A stretch of 32,265 nucleotides of DNA, from contig CAYYKR010000001.1 of the NCBI GenBank assembly GCA_964469235.1, forward strand, positions 1 through 32,265. The letters run 5' to 3'. Below, piece after piece: positions 32,085 through 32,265 of the stretch. Positions within the stretch are counted from its first letter, which is position 1, and every line of letters begins with the position of its first letter. Below the pieces are notes generated by a model that did no database searches, was not told the DNA's origin, and saw nothing but the letters and a program-made list of their open reading frames with translations. The stretch comes from an uncultured archaeon. GTDB lineage: Archaea > Aenigmatarchaeota > Aenigmatarchaeia > GW2011-AR5 > WALA01. The translations under genes and the position numbers were made by a program.

Positions 32085-32265
32085 AGCGGGGTGGAGCAGC
32101 CTGGAGTGCTCGTCGGGCTCATAATAAGGGCGCCGAATGCCCTTATCAACCTTTTCCATCAAGAAGGAAAAGGGTGCTTTCTTAAAAGGAAGGAAGACGA
32201 AGAGCTCATTGCTCATCGCCTTATGAGAAACCCGAAGGTCAATGGTTCAAATCCATTCCCCGCTA
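32085..32265 (+). tRNA. tRNA-Met (CAU), initiator-type, with 106-nt intron; ends at the window edge
   Basis: AGCGGGG/CCCCGCU acceptor with A1:U72. Anticodon stem UCGGG/CCCGA has three G:C pairs next to the loop. Anticodon CAT at 32120-32122. T-arm AATGG-TTCAAAT-CCATT. Discriminator A is the last base of the window. Confidence 0.88.
32124..32229 (+). other. tRNA-Met intron (106 nt) with canonical bulge-helix-bulge
   Basis: 4-bp helix 32118-21/32224-27 between 3-nt bulges UAA (32122-24) and AAA (32228-30). Outer helix 32125-32/32217-23. Internal 8-bp hairpin CCTTTTCC(32150-57)/GGAAAAGG(32166-73). Confidence 0.8.

Noticed and set aside
32034-32216. 60-aa minus-strand ORF.
   Set aside because: It lies across the tRNA-Met 5' half and intron, and its reading frame is a by-product of the structured RNA.
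1-32265. CRISPR arrays, IS elements, integrases, prophage or att-like duplications of tRNA 3' ends, and rRNA genes.
   Set aside because: No regularly spaced direct repeats were seen. No transposase, integrase or capsid-like ORFs were found. The tRNA 3' halves are not duplicated elsewhere in the window. Composition looks uniform, so there is no sign of a horizontally acquired island.

Overview
Archaeal chromosomal segment, AT-rich (about one-third G+C by eye) and extremely compact. About 47 protein genes and 3 tRNA genes fill almost all 32.3 kb. Most spacers are under 100 bp, many same-strand neighbours overlap by 1-35 nt, and seven convergent pairs meet with overlapping stops or gaps of 1-21 nt. 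The backbone is information-processing housekeeping: RtcB ligase, ABCE1, r-proteins S3Ae, S15, L7Ae-S28e-L24e, the S13-S4-S11-RpoD-tRNA(Leu)-L18e-L13-S9-RpoN string, S26e, RFC large subunit, aIF2-beta, RNase P proteins Rpp30/Pop5, Bud32, a RecJ-like DHH protein and archease. L24e is absent from the supplied ORF track because it is only 53 aa. There is also a small sugar-phosphate cluster (HAD phosphatase, two PfkB kinases, PGI), a PAP2 phosphatase, a FlaI/PilB-type ATPase, a HerA-like ATPase, an OB-fold protein and an S2P protease. The gene content and packing fit a small-genome archaeon; DPANN-like is a guess that cannot be shown from this window. No rRNA, CRISPR array, transposase or integrase was seen. 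Four things are not explained by routine annotation. (1) A 7.5-kb pair of divergent operons (4062-11604) encodes nine proteins, six of them without a family I can name. It includes tandem 169-aa paralogues, a 626-aa orphan, an EndoIV/xylose-isomerase-like TIM barrel split by a large charged insertion, a fused MNT-HEPN protein and a mini-MGMT with PCQRV instead of PCHRV. This is my best candidate for an undescribed system. (2) The palindrome GAGCTC occurs 41 times by hand count against roughly 3 expected, in two reading frames. (3) All three tRNA genes carry canonical-position introns (13, 19 and 106 nt), the 106-nt one in the initiator-type tRNA(Met), and tRNA(Ala) ends 2 nt before a kinase start codon. 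(4) A K-turn-like hairpin overlaps the Shine-Dalgarno of rpl7ae.
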